Positions 24,301 through 39,300 of a stretch of DNA of 64,000 nt are shown one piece after another. Each line of letters starts with the position of its first letter. Within the stretch, counting starts at the first letter, position 1. Made by a program: the position numbers and the translations under genes. The notes below the pieces were generated by a model. The model worked only from the letters and a program-made list of their open reading frames with translations, did not search any database and had not been told where the DNA came from. Origin of the DNA: Chiloscyllium plagiosum (Eukaryota); contig NC_057720.1 of assembly GCF_004010195.1 (NCBI RefSeq), positions 208,348 through 272,347 of the forward strand, written 5' to 3'.

Positions 24301-27300
24301 GCTGCTAATCAGGTGGGCTGCTTTACCATTGGTGGTGAGCTTCAGTGATCGTGATAAGATAGTTAAACATTGTGCTTGTTCACTGGATAGCACTAGCTTA
24401 TTTGACACATTTCCAATGATGATGTTTTTCCTTCTATATTCCTGTTTAAAAAGAAGACTCAACGTCCTGCTCCAGTGTCAATCAGAGTGACGGTAGCCAA
24501 TGGGAATGCAATTCTGTACCTTTGCTCCTTTTTCTCCTTGTCTTCCTTCGGCCCCAGCTGCTCCATGTGGTCCCTGTAGAAACAAACAGTTGCTTATATA
24601 AAACTCGACAGAAATTGGGAGACAATCCTCCACAGTCTCAATCATCTCTGAGTGGCAAATAAAGTCAACATGGCTCCTTTCAAAGATTCATTGCTTTTTA
24701 TTGCAGTATCAGACTTGTCAGAGACACCTTTATTTTTGATAATAACTGCCCTGCAGCAAAACCCCTTTCCACGTCAGATGATAAATTTTTTTCCCCATAA
24801 ACTCCACAATATCCTGGGAACATCACATTAAAGAAAAACCTCCTTTTTATTCTATCAGGAGGTAAATCACTTTCTTTTTACAAGAGTTTCACAATCAGAG
24901 ATTTAATCCAATTTCTGGCTGTGGACCTTCAGCTGCACTGAAATCCAAAGCTGCCCCAGGTAATGTTCGGTCAGGCCAGCCACTCCTCAATCTTTTGAAA
25001 TTCAAGATTTTTTTTCTATTCAATTCCTCTCCTTTTCTCCACACTGGAGAATGAGTCATTCATACCTGACCCAATAATATGCATTTATATAGCACCTACG
25101 ATACAATAAAATCTCAAAATGTGCTTCAGAGGAGCACAAATAGACAGAATAATACAAACTGAACACACATGGAGATATAAGGACAGGTGGCCACAAGGAT
25201 TGACAAAGAGGTTCAGTTTAAGCAGCTTCTGAAAGGAGGTGTGGTGGAGGGAGGTGGCAAAGAAGGTCCAGGGTGGGGGAATTCCAGAAACAACGCCCAG
25301 GGAGCTGAAGGTATGGCTGCCAATGATGGAGAAAATAAAAATCAGGAATATGGAAGAAACCATGTACAGAAAAATAAAGGGTCCACGGCTGGAGGGGGTT
25401 ACAGAGATAGGGAGGGGGGTAGGGGCTGGAGGGGGTTACAGAGATAGGGAGGGGTATAGGATGGAGGAGGTGACAGATATAGGGAGGGTATAGGATGGAG
25501 GAGGGATAGGGAGTGATTAGTCGATGGCGTGATCGGAATACGAATAGAATTTTATACCTAAGGCGTTGTTGGTTTACGAGGCAGCTTCTAGTGGAAGCAG
25601 ATGGATGGTGGGTTCATGGAGTTGGCTGAATGTAGGGCCTGAGGGGGAGGGGTGGTGGGACCAAGCAGGAAAACCTTCAAATACAGCTGATAAACAGACC
25701 TTCGCTCACAGGGAGTTAACCGTGGGTATTTTTAATTTTAAAAAACTCAAAGCCACAATGACTCAGTGTGTAGGCACCGCACCATTCATTCAGAGATCAA
25801 ATCCAAGGAATGTTTGTGTGATGAGTACAAGGCACAGGATCCACTCTCGGAACCACTTCATTGCCCGAGCCAAGGGTACATTCGGAGGGGGGGGGATCTT
25901 CCTCCCGCGGTTTATGGGATCCTGCTGCTCTGTTCTCTGTCACTTTGGCTCAAAGTGACATTCAGTTCTGCTCAGACAGAGAAGTGGATTGCAGTTGAAG
26001 TTCTCCCCATCCCCCATCGTCAAAGAAAAGAATCAGTTAGAAAGAAATCCTGGAGGTGTGACGCTCTCTGTATTTATTTCAGATGTATACTTGATTTATT
26101 TTTCAGATACTCAGTTTCCTGGCCTCCAGACAGTTAACAAGAGGAGTGTATGATCAGATGTGTGACATTCATTGTGAAACCGGTGACCAAACGATGCAAG
26201 CAGTTCTCGCAAGGAGAGAGATGGAACAGCGAAGACAGAGCGAGAGAGAGAGAAAGTGACAAGAGGTTGTGAGCAATGGCAATACATGTGACTAGTGTGT
26301 TGGTGAAGGAATGCCTGACTGAGTAAGATAATGAAAGACCAAGTCCCCCTACCTAAGAACCACAAAAACAGCCCTCTAGCCTCCTCCACTGTTCATTGAG
26401 ATCATGGTTGACTCCTATCTAAACCCTACCTTCCCACTCATCCCCATATTCTTCAGTTTTCTGCTTCACGACCCTGGAGTTAGAGAATTCTAGAGAAGAC
26501 ATTCCTCTTCAGATCACTCCCAAATGGATAGATCTTATTTCAATGCTAGGATCCCCTATTTCTAGATTCTGAGGCCAGGGAAATCATTCTTCCAGTGTCT
26601 ATCTCCTGACAATCCTCTTATAAATGTTATAGGTTTCAATTTGGTTGTCTCTTATTTGTCCAAACTCCAGAGAATGAGTCTAATCCACTCAAACCTTCCT
26701 CTTGGCCAATCCTTTCAATGTAGTGATCAAAGTGAGTGATTGTGACCCTCGCCCCAGTACGTTGTCCCATTGGCAAGGGGATCAAAACTATACACAGGGC
26801 TTCAGGAATGGTCTTGGCAAAGCCTGTTGCCCAAAGACTTCCCAACACATCACAGTCACTAGCTCCCAGCTCAGTCGGACAGCTTGTTTTAAACTAGCTG
26901 ATTGCTCATAGCCTCCCAGTAGCTCAGTGGGTAACTGTGACACTGACTCTGGTCAGCTATCCCTTGATTTGAGGATGATGTCTCTTCAGAGTTTCTGCTG
27001 TTGGTCTTCAACGGTAGAAAAGGCTGATTGCTTACCTGCGGATTTTTGAACAGTGGGGAGCATAGGATAGCAGCATTATCCTGTGGGTCCTTTTAGAACA
27101 TAGAATAATACAGCACAGAACAGGCCCTTCGGCCCACGATGTTACGCCAACCTGTGAACTAATCTAAGCCCATGGTTGGAGGAGGTGACAGAGATAGGGA
27201 GGGGATGTAGGGTCTGGAGGAGGTGACAGAGATAGGGAGGGGTGTAGTGTGGTGAAACAGAGAAGGTTTTGGGGCTTTAATTGACGTTTTGAAAATGCTA

Positions 27301-30300
27301 GAGAGTTTGACCGAGTAAATCAGGAGAGAATGATTCCAAGGGCAGGAGAGGGAAATGGAGAAATAATCACAAGGAAGCCCCCTGATGGACTGGGCAGAGT
27401 GTGGGGTCAGTGGATCGAATTGGATAGCTGTTTCAAGGAGCCAGCCGGAGAACTTTGCACTGAATGGCTTCACTGTGCAAGAAAATCTCCTCATACAGCG
27501 ATCAAACGAGGAATCGTTCTTTACAAGACTGTATTAGACAGAGAATTTAACAGTTCATTTGATTCGTGCTTCAGCTCAGAAGATGTAATCATTATTTATC
27601 TCACACACTGCGATTGAAATGGTAAGTACCAAGAAGCGAATCCTAATTGACCAATGGAGACTGGAGAACTCTGACTAAGGAGCAAATTGCTGAGAGAATT
27701 ACCCTGAGCACAGAGCCCATCAAACATTAAATACCTCTCCCTGAAGGCAGAGAGGATGTGAAATCCATTTCAATGCGCACTACTGAGAAAATGAAATAAT
27801 TTACACAGAAACAGAACCATCCCTGGATCAGATAACAACCAGGTACAGAATCACTCACCAAATGAACTTTCATCATCTCAACATGGAGAATCTGACAGAG
27901 AACCACAAGGGGATATCTCCCCAGTGACCAAAACGATGGTCAAAGACATGGCTCTGACTCTAATTACGTTTCTTGATAACATCCTGAACACTTTATTCCC
28001 TGGACCCCTCTGCACAACGAGCTCTTTCTCAATGCCTCAAATTAGCTTGATTATAAAATATAATCCAGTGCAAGCAGCAGGATACTAAACGCTGTGTCAG
28101 ACACCCAGACACACACTTCATCTTTTAAAATATTGGTTGGGGAATTAGAACACAATCCTTTTTAAAATTGAGCTACAAAATGCTGACTTCTGTCGGAGGA
28201 ATCTGAGAGCCAGTAATTGGGTCCTACATACACTGTCCACATCAGTGAGGAACACTAGCTTCATTTAATCTCTCTCACTGAATATCAGCAGCAATCTGGA
28301 ACTGTTATAGCTAGCTGCCACTCAAAGCATTGAAATCAATAACCTATTATAAAGCTGTCTCCAACTGTAAAGATCGAGCATTTTGTACAGGATCAGGAAT
28401 TACATCGTAATTCTGTGAAGGGTCTGTGAGAGGGACACATATTATTCAAGGTTCTTGTGCAGATGGTGTGATTGACAAGCCTGCCACTAAATAAAAAGAT
28501 ATGATTTAACTGCCAGTGTTTTCAAACAGGTAATTTAGTGTAAATTACATTTACCTAAAATAAGCATTTACCTGGACATTCTTTGAGCTCAGTGAGATTA
28601 TATGCAATCAGTGAATGGGGGGGGGGGGGGGGGGGGGGGGTGGGTGGGTGGGGAGGGGCTACACACAATTTCTTTTATTCATAGGAGGTGGCTGACCCCA
28701 ATTTATTGCCCAACCTTAGTTGCCCTTGAATGTATAATTCTATGTGAAGGTTTTGGAAAAAAGGGCCATGTTACTGTAATTTCCCATCTTGCATCCATCA
28801 GGACAAATGCAAGAATGTCAAATTCCTAACCATCACAACAATTTATATTAAACAAAAAAATAACAAAGAACTGCAAATGCTGTAAATCAGAAATAAAAAC
28901 AGAAATTGCCAGAAAGGCTCAGCAAGTCCAGCAGCATCTGTGAAGGAAAATACAGTTAACATTTCAGATCCAGTGACCCTTCCTCAGAACAATTTATACA
29001 ACGGGGGAAGGAGGCTGATTGGTTGTGCAGTTGATTCTGATTGCCCGAGATGGGCCCCTGTGTATGGGTCCCACCCATCGTCACAAAGTCCAGTAAATGT
29101 TGTGAATGAATTTCAGTGAGAGTGTGATGTGCAAGCTGTCCATCCCAGTGATTGGCTGATTGAATCAGATGTTCCTTGCCTTGTTGGTAATATACAGAAC
29201 ACAGACCATTCTTGACCAACTCTGTAGTAGTAAAACCCAAAAGTCACAAGACACCAGGTTATAATCCAACAGATTTATTTGAAATGATATGCTTTTGGGT
29301 AACTGTAGCTTTGTCAGATGAAGCAGCACCGCTCTGAAAGTTGGTGATTTCAAAAAAACCTGTTGCACTATAACCTGGTGTTGTGTGGCTTCTGACTTTG
29401 TCCACACAGTCCAACCAGCATCTCCATATCATAGTAAAACCCGAAACATAAAATGAAAGCCGATTGTCTCATGATGTCTGTGCCATCCATCATAATCATT
29501 AGTGTGCATGCCTTAATGGATGTCTAGAACATGGGCTTAACAAACATCTTACTTCATCAGAGAGACAAATACAACATCATATGGCAACAGACATTAACTC
29601 TATACATTGGCACCTTCTTGATCAAGTCATTGTCTGACCGAGAGATCTTGTGGATGTCTGCGCCAACTACTCCATCACAGGAGCTGACATCTGCTGGACT
29701 AACCACTGCCTAACCCCGTTTACTATCTCCATCAACATAGCCCTAATATAGTGCGGCACCAGAAACACTCTTGAGGGAAATTCAACTTCAATGGACTCTG
29801 GGATTCTACGAAGAAAGACATTTTGAGTCGGTATTTTGCAGTCAGTCTGGCAACACTGGATAAGCACAGAACATAGAGCATAAAGCGTTACAGCGCAGTA
29901 CAGGCCCTTCAGCCTCGATGTTTCGCCAACCTGTGAAATTAATCTGATGCCCATCTAACCCGCACCGTTACATTATTATCCATATATATGTCCAATGACC
30001 ATTTAAATGCCTTTAAATGCTTTTGGCGAGTCTACTATTGTTGCAGGCAGGCCGTTCCACACCCCTACTACCCTCTGAGTAAAGAAACTACCTCTGACAT
30101 CTGTCCTAAATCTATCACCCCCTCAATTTCAAGCTATGTCCCCTCGTGTTAGCCTTCACCATCCGAGGAAAAAGGCTCTCACTGTCCACCCTATCTAACC
30201 CTCTGATTATCTTATACATCTCGAATAAGTCACCTATCTCCAATGAAAACAGCCTCAAATCCCTCAGCCTTTCCTCATATGACCAGGCAACATCCTAGTA

Positions 30301-33300
30301 AATCTCCTCTGAACCCTTTCCAAAGTTTCCACATCCTTCCTATAATGCGATGATCTGTACTGTACGCAATACTCCAGGTGCAGACGCACCAGTGTCCTGT
30401 ACAACTGCAGCATGACCTCATGGCTCCAAACGCAATCCCCCTACCAAATAACACCAACACATCATATGCCTTCTTAACAACCCTATCAACCTGGATGGCA
30501 ACTTTCAGGGATTTGTACACCTGGACACCGAGATCTCTCTGTTTATCTACACTGCCAAGAATTTTACCATTAGCCCAGTACTCTGCATTCCTGTTACTCC
30601 TTCAGCATTAAACTCCATTTGCCACCTCTCAGCCCAGCTCTGCATCTTATCTACGTTCCTCTGTAACCCACAACATCCTTCGGCACTATTCACAACTCTG
30701 CTTGCCTTAGTGTCATCCGCAAATTTACTCACCTATTCTCTATGCCCACATCTAGGTCATTTATAAAAATGACAAACAGCTGTGGCCCCAAAACAGATCC
30801 TTGCAGCACACCACTGGTAACTGAGTTCCAGGATGAACATTTCTCATCTGATTTTTGATCCAAACCGCTAAATCACCCTCAATCCCAAAACTCCGTATTT
30901 TGTACGATAATCTACCATGTGGAACCTTATCAAATGCCTTACTGAAGGCCATATACACCACATCAACTGCTTTACTTGCATCCACCTGTTTTGTCACCTT
31001 CTCGAAGAACTCAACAAGGTTAGTGAGGCACGACATACTCTTCACAAAACCGTGTTAAGTATTCCTAATCAAATTATTCTTTTCCAGATGATTATAAACC
31101 CTACTTCTTACAACATTTTCCAACACTTTACGCACAACTGAAGTAAGGCTCACTGGTCTATAATTCCCAGGGTTGTCTCTACTCCCACTCTTGAACAAAA
31201 GAACAACATTTGCTATCCTCCAGTCTTCTGGCACTACTCCTGCGGACAATGATGACATAAAGATCAAAGCCAAAGGCTCTGTAATCTCCTTCCTGGCTTC
31301 CCAGAGAATCTGAGGATAAATCCCATCGGCCCAGGGTCTTATCTACTTTCAGATCTTCTAAAATTGCTAAAACCCCCTCTTTGTCAACCTCAATCCCATC
31401 TAATCTTGTAGCCTGTATCTCCGTATTTGCACTAACATTACCCTTTTACAATGTGAATACTGACAAAAAGTATTCATTTAGCACTTCCCCTATGTCCTCA
31501 GATTCCACACACAACTTTCCACTACTGTCTTTGACTGACCCTAACCTTATTTTCGTCATTTTTTTATTCCTGATATACCTATAGAAGGCCTTAGGATTTT
31601 CCTTGATCCTATCCGCCAACAACTTCTCATGTCCCCTCCTGGCTCTTCTTAACCCTCTCTTTAGATCTTTTCTGGCTAACTTATAACTCTCATGCCCCCT
31701 AAATGAGCCTTCATGCCTCATCCTCACAAAAGCCTTCTTCTTTCTCTTGACAAGAGATTCAATGAATTTAATAAATCATGGCTCCTTCTCTTGACAACTC
31801 CCTCCCTGCCTGATAGATATATACTTATCAAAGACCCACAGTAGCTGTTCCTTGAATAAGCTCCACATTTCAAGTGTACCCATCCCCTGCAGTTTCCTTC
31901 CCCATCCTCTGCATCCTATATCTTGCCTGATCGCATCATGATTGCCTTTCTCTTTCCCTGCGGTATATACCTATCCCTGCAATTGCTATTGTAAACATAA
32001 CTGAATGGTGGTCACTATCACCAAAGTGCTCACCTACCTCCAAATCTAACACATGGCTGGGTTTATTCCCCAGTACCAAATCCAATGTGGCCTCGCCCCT
32101 TGTTGGCCTGTCTACACACTGTGTCAGGAAACCCTCCGGCACACACTGGACAAAAACTGACCCAGCTATACTACTTGAACTATAGTACTCCCAGTCAATA
32201 TTGGGGAAGTTAAAGCCCCCATAACAACTACCCTGTTACTCTCACTCCTATCAAGAATCATCTTTGCTATCCTTTCCTCTACATCCCTGGAACAATTTGG
32301 AGGCCTATAGAAAACTCCCAACAGGGTGACCTCTCCTTTCCCTTTTCTAACCTTAGCCCAAGCTACCTCAATGGATGAGTCCTCAGATGTTCTCTCGGCT
32401 GCTGTAATACAACCCTTGATTAACAATGCCACACCTCCCTCCCTCTTTTTACCATCTTCTCTGTTCTTATTGAAACATCTAAACCCCGGAACCTGCAGCA
32501 ACAATTCCTGTCCCTGCTCTACCCGAATGGCCGAAATGGCCACAACATCGAAGTCCCAAGTACCAAGCCATCCTGCAAGTTCACCCACCTTATTCCGGAT
32601 GCTCCTGGCGTTGAAGTGCACACATTTCAAACCAACATCCTGATTGCCGGTGCCCTCTCATGACCTTGTAAACCTATCCCTGACCTCACTACCCTCAACC
32701 TCCTGTACACTGGAACTACACTTCAGGTTCCCATCCCCTGCTGCATTAGTTTAAATACACCCAAAGAGCATTAGCAAATTCCCCCCTCCCCCCGCCCAAG
32801 ATATTGGAACCTAAGGATTATACCATGTCTGCAGCACCTGGTCTGCCCTTCAGTCCATCACCTCCTTCAGTCCCTTCAGTCCATCACCTCCTTCAGTCCC
32901 TTCAGTCCATCACCTCCTTCAGTCCCTTCAGTCCATCACCTCCTTCAGTCCCTTCAATCCATCACCTCCTTCAGTCCCTTCAGTCCATCACCTCCTTCAG
33001 TCCCTTCAGTCCATCACCTCCTATCACCTCCTTCAGTCCCTTCAGTCCATCACCTCCTTCATTCCATGTCAGGACAGGTTTGGTCTGTCTGCCAGAAAAC
33101 CTGAAAACTGGGTTAATGAGAATGACTCAGAGATCCAGGGGTTAAAATGTAATCCGTGCTAGGATTCTTCAGCACGATCAAGTCCATCTTCAGCACGATC
33201 AAGTCCATCTTCAGCACGATCAAGTCCATCTTCAGCACCAACATCCAAGACAATATTCTACTGAGAGTTAAGAATAGAGTGGTGCTCATCAAGATCAGAG

Positions 33301-36300
33301 ATAGTGCTCATTGGAAGGAACACCTTAAGAATTTCTTCAACTGAGGCTTAGCTCTTAACTGAGTGCCCTAAGTTAGCACAAGCCAAGCCAGGCGTGAGAT
33401 TGAAATGGTATTTGACAGCTGAGAACCAGTCAGATGGACTCCCTGAAAAAAGGTGGTGGAGACTTACTCTTGGCACAGCCTCACCTCTGTCATCTGGAAG
33501 AATGAAAGCGTGATAGGAAAGGTCAAAGGCACAATAATTGTGACCATCTTCAACAAAACAGTTGTGGCAATTTGCTGTAACTACAAAACAATGTTCATAC
33601 TGTTCTCCGCCCGGTGGCTGAAGACCTCCTCCTGGAGTCACGATGAAGATTTGATGGAACGAGGGGCACAGTGAATGTGGTCTTCATGGTAAGACAAGTC
33701 AAAGAAAAATGCAGGGAACAGAAACATGTCACCTTTGACCACACAAAGGTCTTCGACCCTGTCACTGGGAAGGGATCATGGAACAGGGTAAAAACAATGA
33801 CTGCAGATGCTGGAAACCAGATTCTGGATCAGTGGTGCTGGAAGAGCACAGCAGTTCAGGCAGCATTCGAGGAGCTTCGAAATCGACGTTTCGGGCAAAA
33901 GCCCTTCATCAGGAATAATCCTGATGCTCCTTGGATGCTGCCTGAACTGCTGTGCTCTTCCAGCACCAGGGATCATGGAACATCCTCCTCAAATTTCGCA
34001 GCCAACTAATTCTTCAGCATCATCTGCTGCACAGCAACTGCAAGCTTGGCTCTTCACTCCTGATCCATGTTTACCATGTTCCCCACTACAAAATCTTACC
34101 CCATTATCCAATCAGCTTCCTACTGGATCTTCTCTTTCAGACAAATGGAAAGTTGTTCCAGCTGTCTAGAGCCAAGACAATTGAAACCTTGGTCACCAAG
34201 TTGTAGAAGCTGTTGGAGTGTACACAGATTCAAGGACCAATCCAACATCACTGTATTCTCAGAGCTCTGTGACACAATGGGTCTGAGCTAATCATTTATC
34301 CTATATCAGACAGCTTTGCTGCAGCACGCAGCTATCAAGATCCACAAGGAGCCACTGGATAATGTGGATCAATTCCCAAACATTGGGATCCTCCAATATC
34401 AGTGTCCTCTCTCCAGCAAACATGCCCAGCTTTGAGGTGCTAGTTACCATCCACCAGCCATACTGGAGAACTCACATCATCCACAATCCAACACCAAATC
34501 CCTGAAACCAGCTCTTTACCTTGAGCTCCATCACTGCCCCAGGTCATCGGGAAGGGCAGAGGAAACACCTCAGGGCCTTCCTCAAACACAATACCCTCCC
34601 AACTTTGGAAGGATTGCTGACACAATATCACCCAGATTGGAGGAGAAGCATCTCTAAAAGGTACCAACAATTCTGATAGGTCCAGCTGGGAGGCTACAGC
34701 AAGCAGTGGAAGGAGCTTAGAAAAACGGAAACATCCCGAGTCGCCTCCTCAAACACTACCTGACTTCCTCAGCCTCATGTCCCCAACCAGAATCCCGATA
34801 AAACCCCTGCCCCCATCCCCAACCCCATCCCAACCACATATGGCAGGGTGAGTAGATCCAGCATCAGAATATTCAATAACTGCACGGCCCACAGCCTGGG
34901 TCCAAAGGGATCCACTGACAAAGAGATCTAAAAGAACGTAGGAAGGTGCTGGCAACCCAGAAAGAGCTCACCACATGATTCAGCAAATAGTGTATCACAG
35001 CCTTACGGGCTACGTGTCCACATAGAACATAGAAAAGTACAGCACAGAACAGGCCCTTTGGCCCATGAGGATTAATCCTAATGTAAAATAAAATAACTTA
35101 ACCTACACACCCCTCAATTCACTGCTATCCATGTACATGTCCAGCAGTCGCTTAAATGTCCCCAATGACTCTGCTTCCACCACGACAGCTGGTAACACAT
35201 TCCATGCATTCACAACTCTCTGCGTAAAGAACCTACCTCTGACGTCTCCTTTATACCTTTCCCCTAATATCTTCAAACTATAACCCCTCATACCAGTCAA
35301 TCCTGCTCTGGGGAAAAGTCTCTGGCTATTGACTCTATCCATGCCTCTCCAGAGAGAAAAGTCTGAGCTTATTCAACCCCTCTTCATAAGGCAAGCCCTC
35401 CAATCCAGGCAGCATCCTGGTAAACCTTCTTTGCACCCTCTCCAAAGCCTCTGTACCTTTCCTATAGTAGGGCGACCAGAACTGGACACAATATTCCAAG
35501 TGTGGTCTCACCAGGGACTTGTAGAGCTGCAGCAAAACCTCGCGGCTCTTAAATTCGATCTTCCTGTTTATGAAAGATAAAACACCATATGCTTTCTTAA
35601 CAACCCTACCACTTGGCTGGTAACTTTGCGGGATTTATGTACTTGTACACCCAGATCCCTCTGTTCCTCCACACTGTCAAGAATCCTGTCTTTAATCCTA
35701 TATTCAGCATTCAAGTTCGACCTTCCAAAATGCATCACTTTGCATTTATCTAGGTTGAACTCCATCTGCCATTTCTCTGCCCAGCTCTGCATCCTGTCTA
35801 TGTCGCGCTGCAGCCTGCAGTATCCCGCAATACTATCAACGATACCTCCAACCTTTGTGTCATCTGCAAATTTATTAACCCACCCCTCAACCTCCTCATC
35901 CAAGTCATTTATAAAAGCTACAAAGAGCAAAGGCCCAAGTACAGAGCCCTGTGGGACTCCACTCAACACTGACCTCCAGGCAGAATACTTTCCATCTACA
36001 ACCACCCTCTGCCTTCTGTCAGCCAGCCAATTCTGAATCCAGACAGCCAAATCTCCCTGTATCCCATACTTCCTGACTTTGCTGCCAAGAAAAGAAATCA
36101 TTTTGAAAAATAGTCACAGCTGTAAAATAGAAAGCAAAAGGTGCAAACCTTGACCTACTCCTGGGAAATAAGGCAGGGCAGGTGACTGAGGTGTCAGTGG
36201 GGGAGCACTTTGGGGCCAGCGACCGTAATTCTATTAGATTTAAAATAGTGATGGAGAAGGATAGACCAGATCTAAAAGCTGAAGTTCTAAAATGGAGAAA

Positions 36301-39300
36301 GGCCAATTTTGACGGTATTAGGCGAGAACTTTCAAAAGTTGATTGGGGGCAAATGTTCACAGGTAAAAGGGACGGCTGGAAAATGGGAAGCCTTCAGAAA
36401 TGGGAAAATGAGTCCAGAGACAGTATATTCCTGTTAGGGTAAAAGGAAAGGCTGGTAGGTGTAGGGAATGCTAGATGATGAGAGAAATTGAGGGTTTGGT
36501 TAAGAAAAATAGACAATAGCTGCAGGAGTAGGCCATTCTGCCCTTCGAGCCTGCACCACCATTCAACATGATCATGACTGATCATCCTCAAGGGTATACA
36601 TATGGAAGCATATGTCAGGTACGGACAGGGGAGATGGAGTGAATCCTTACAAAAGTAGCAGTATACTTAAGAGGGAAATCAGGAGGGCAAAAAGGGGACA
36701 TGAGATAGCTTTGGATGTGGTGGAGGCTGGTACAATTGTTACATCTAAGAGGCATTTGGATGGGATATGAATAGGAAGGGTTTGGAGGGAAATTAGCCAA
36801 GTGCTAGCAAATGGGACTAGATTAGATTGGGATATGTGGTCAGCATGGATGGGTTGGACCGAATGGTCTGTTTCCATGCTGTACATCTCTATGACTCTAT
36901 GAGGAAAGGGACAGCAATTTGAGTACGGTGAGGTAACCATATCTCGGGCTGGACAGAGGTGACCGACACAGTAATCCAATATTTGCTTCAGGTCAACCCA
37001 AAGCATTGTGGCAGTGACTTCATCAAGCTGAGATTGTAAATATAAAACCATCTTCAGGTCTGACGTGGTGAGGTTTGTCCATTCAAGCTCATTAAATAGC
37101 TTTGATAAATGGAATTTGCCTGGGACATATTGCAGTCTCAGAGGAGACAGAAACGGAGTATCCAACAGGCTGTTGTCAGATTATGCAGGTTAAAAGTAGA
37201 AGGTGCTGAAGAATTGCAACTAAAGATTGTTATGAGCTGCATCACTCCAGGGTTTACTCAACACGAGCAGAATAATTTCAACCTGATTAATTGTTTCTGA
37301 ATTGAGCTGAAGATAGGGAGGAAAAGGAAAATGTCAATGTGTTCCAGAGGAAAAGATTTCAAATGACTTTCTTGAATATTGAAATGCAATAAAACTCTAC
37401 TTAATGAACCTTGACCATTCAGAAATCAATAACGAATCCTCTATTCCAAATCCATTAATAAAGGTTGCATTTCAGATGCTGGAGATCAATAAACATTGAA
37501 CAGACTGAAATAAATGAACACAACATCCAACATCAACACAGATCTGGCTCACACATCGAGAGGCCGTGAACTGAGAACGGACCCAGATCCGCAGCAGGTC
37601 AGGAATTCCCACCCACAGCTTCAACAGCAGCTGCTCCAAATAATTTCCTTCTATTCATTCACGGGATACAGGTGGAACTAGGGAGTGGGTGTAGGGGCTG
37701 GAGGGGGTGACGGAGATAGGGAGGGGTGTAGGGGCTGGAGGGGGTGACAGAGATAGGGCGGAGTATGGGGGTTGGAGGAGGTGACAGAGTTAGGGAAGGA
37801 TTTAGGAACTGGAGGAGGTGACAGGGAACATTGTTAGAGAGAGAGCCAGTGTAATTGAGCTTGAAGTGATGGGTGATTAGGTCTTTATGTACAATGAGTG
37901 GATTGAAACCTGATTGGGGTTCCCCGCCTCCCCACACTCTGAGTAGCAGCAGTGAGCATTCTTACCCGTTTCCCAGGAGGTCCCGGCGGCCCTGCTTCTC
38001 CTGATGGTCCGGGAGGTCCCTGAAATACATCAAAAACTCAACTCAGTGACTGACGTACTCTCATAACAAACTACAATGTGCATCTTCAACGCTCGAATTC
38101 ACTGCTCAGAAATGGGCCATTCACATCTGCCCTGTGTCGGGGATTCTTCTCCAATGTACCCACATTATTCCTCTCCAACCCATCCCTGTGGGAGTGAGTC
38201 CCACATTTCACCCCCATCCCTCTCCTGTGAGTGGGAGTCCCATATTCCCGATGGGATTTATTCAGGACTCTGTGATGTTGATTGTTTCGAGTTCTTGATT
38301 CCCAGATACATGGAGACTTCTTTTTTGCGTTAGTTTTATCAAGTCTCTGCACATTTTCTCGACCTGTATGAGATCACCTCTCAGGTTTTGTCCAATCAGA
38401 ATAACTGGTGATATAATTGCACTGAAACTAAATTTCTACAATTTCCACGATAGTGAATGCTTAATTCATACCCTGACAGTCGTGTGAAAATAACAGCTTT
38501 GAATATATTTCCAATTTAATTTAATGGGATGCACCCTTTCTGCTCTCATTCTTAATGCGTAGTTTTGTATTTGCTTTAAAACGAAATCTCCAGTTAAAAT
38601 TAGAACAAAGAAAAATACAGCACAGGAACAGGCCCTTTGGCCCTTCAAGCCTGTGCCAACCCAATTTGCCCTTCCATACTAAAGCTGTCTTCACTCCTAT
38701 TCCCTTCCTATTCATGTGTTTGTCCAGGTGTTTCTGGAACGTTGCTGTTGTGTCTGCTTCCACCACCTCCTCTGGCAGCACATTCCAGACACTCACCACC
38801 CTTCGTGTGAAAGACTTCCCCCTTTGCACCTTGAACCTGTGTCCCCTAGTATTTGACCCCTCCACCCTGGGGAAAAGTCTCATTCTATCCATGCCATTCA
38901 CAATCTTATCAGGTTGCCCCTCAACCTCCTGCGTTCCAGTGAAAACAAAACACATCGAGTTAGACTCCATCTGTCACCCCCTGAGAAAAGGAACAGGAAG
39001 TGACTTCACCACAGGAAATAACATCACCAACGCAAAGAAACCCAAACGTAAAAATAGAAAGCAGGAATTATGTACACTGCTTCGTCTGAGGCCCACTGAA
39101 GATGTTTTCTAGTATGGTGACAAAAAGTCTGGTAATGAATCTGGTAATGAACAGCTCAGTGAGCAAATCTGCATCCAAAACCTCAGCCTGACCTTCAAAT
39201 CTTCTCAAAACTCACTAAAACTAACCCCGTCTATCCAACCTTTCTTCATAACTAAACTCCCCATACCACGCAACATCCTGGTAAACCTTTTCTGTCCCCT

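Larger units (their letters stand above)
33250..34460 (+). mobile_element. Old RTE-clade LINE fragment
   Basis: [14 protein letters not shown]...[10 protein letters not shown] at about 33680-33765 resembles the RTE RT motif RQLQEKCREQ...DLTKAFDTV; boundaries uncertain. Confidence 0.65.

Noticed and set aside
29866..32807. Active autonomous CR1
   Set aside because: ORF2 is broken by multiple frameshifts and stops, and most of ORF1 is missing.
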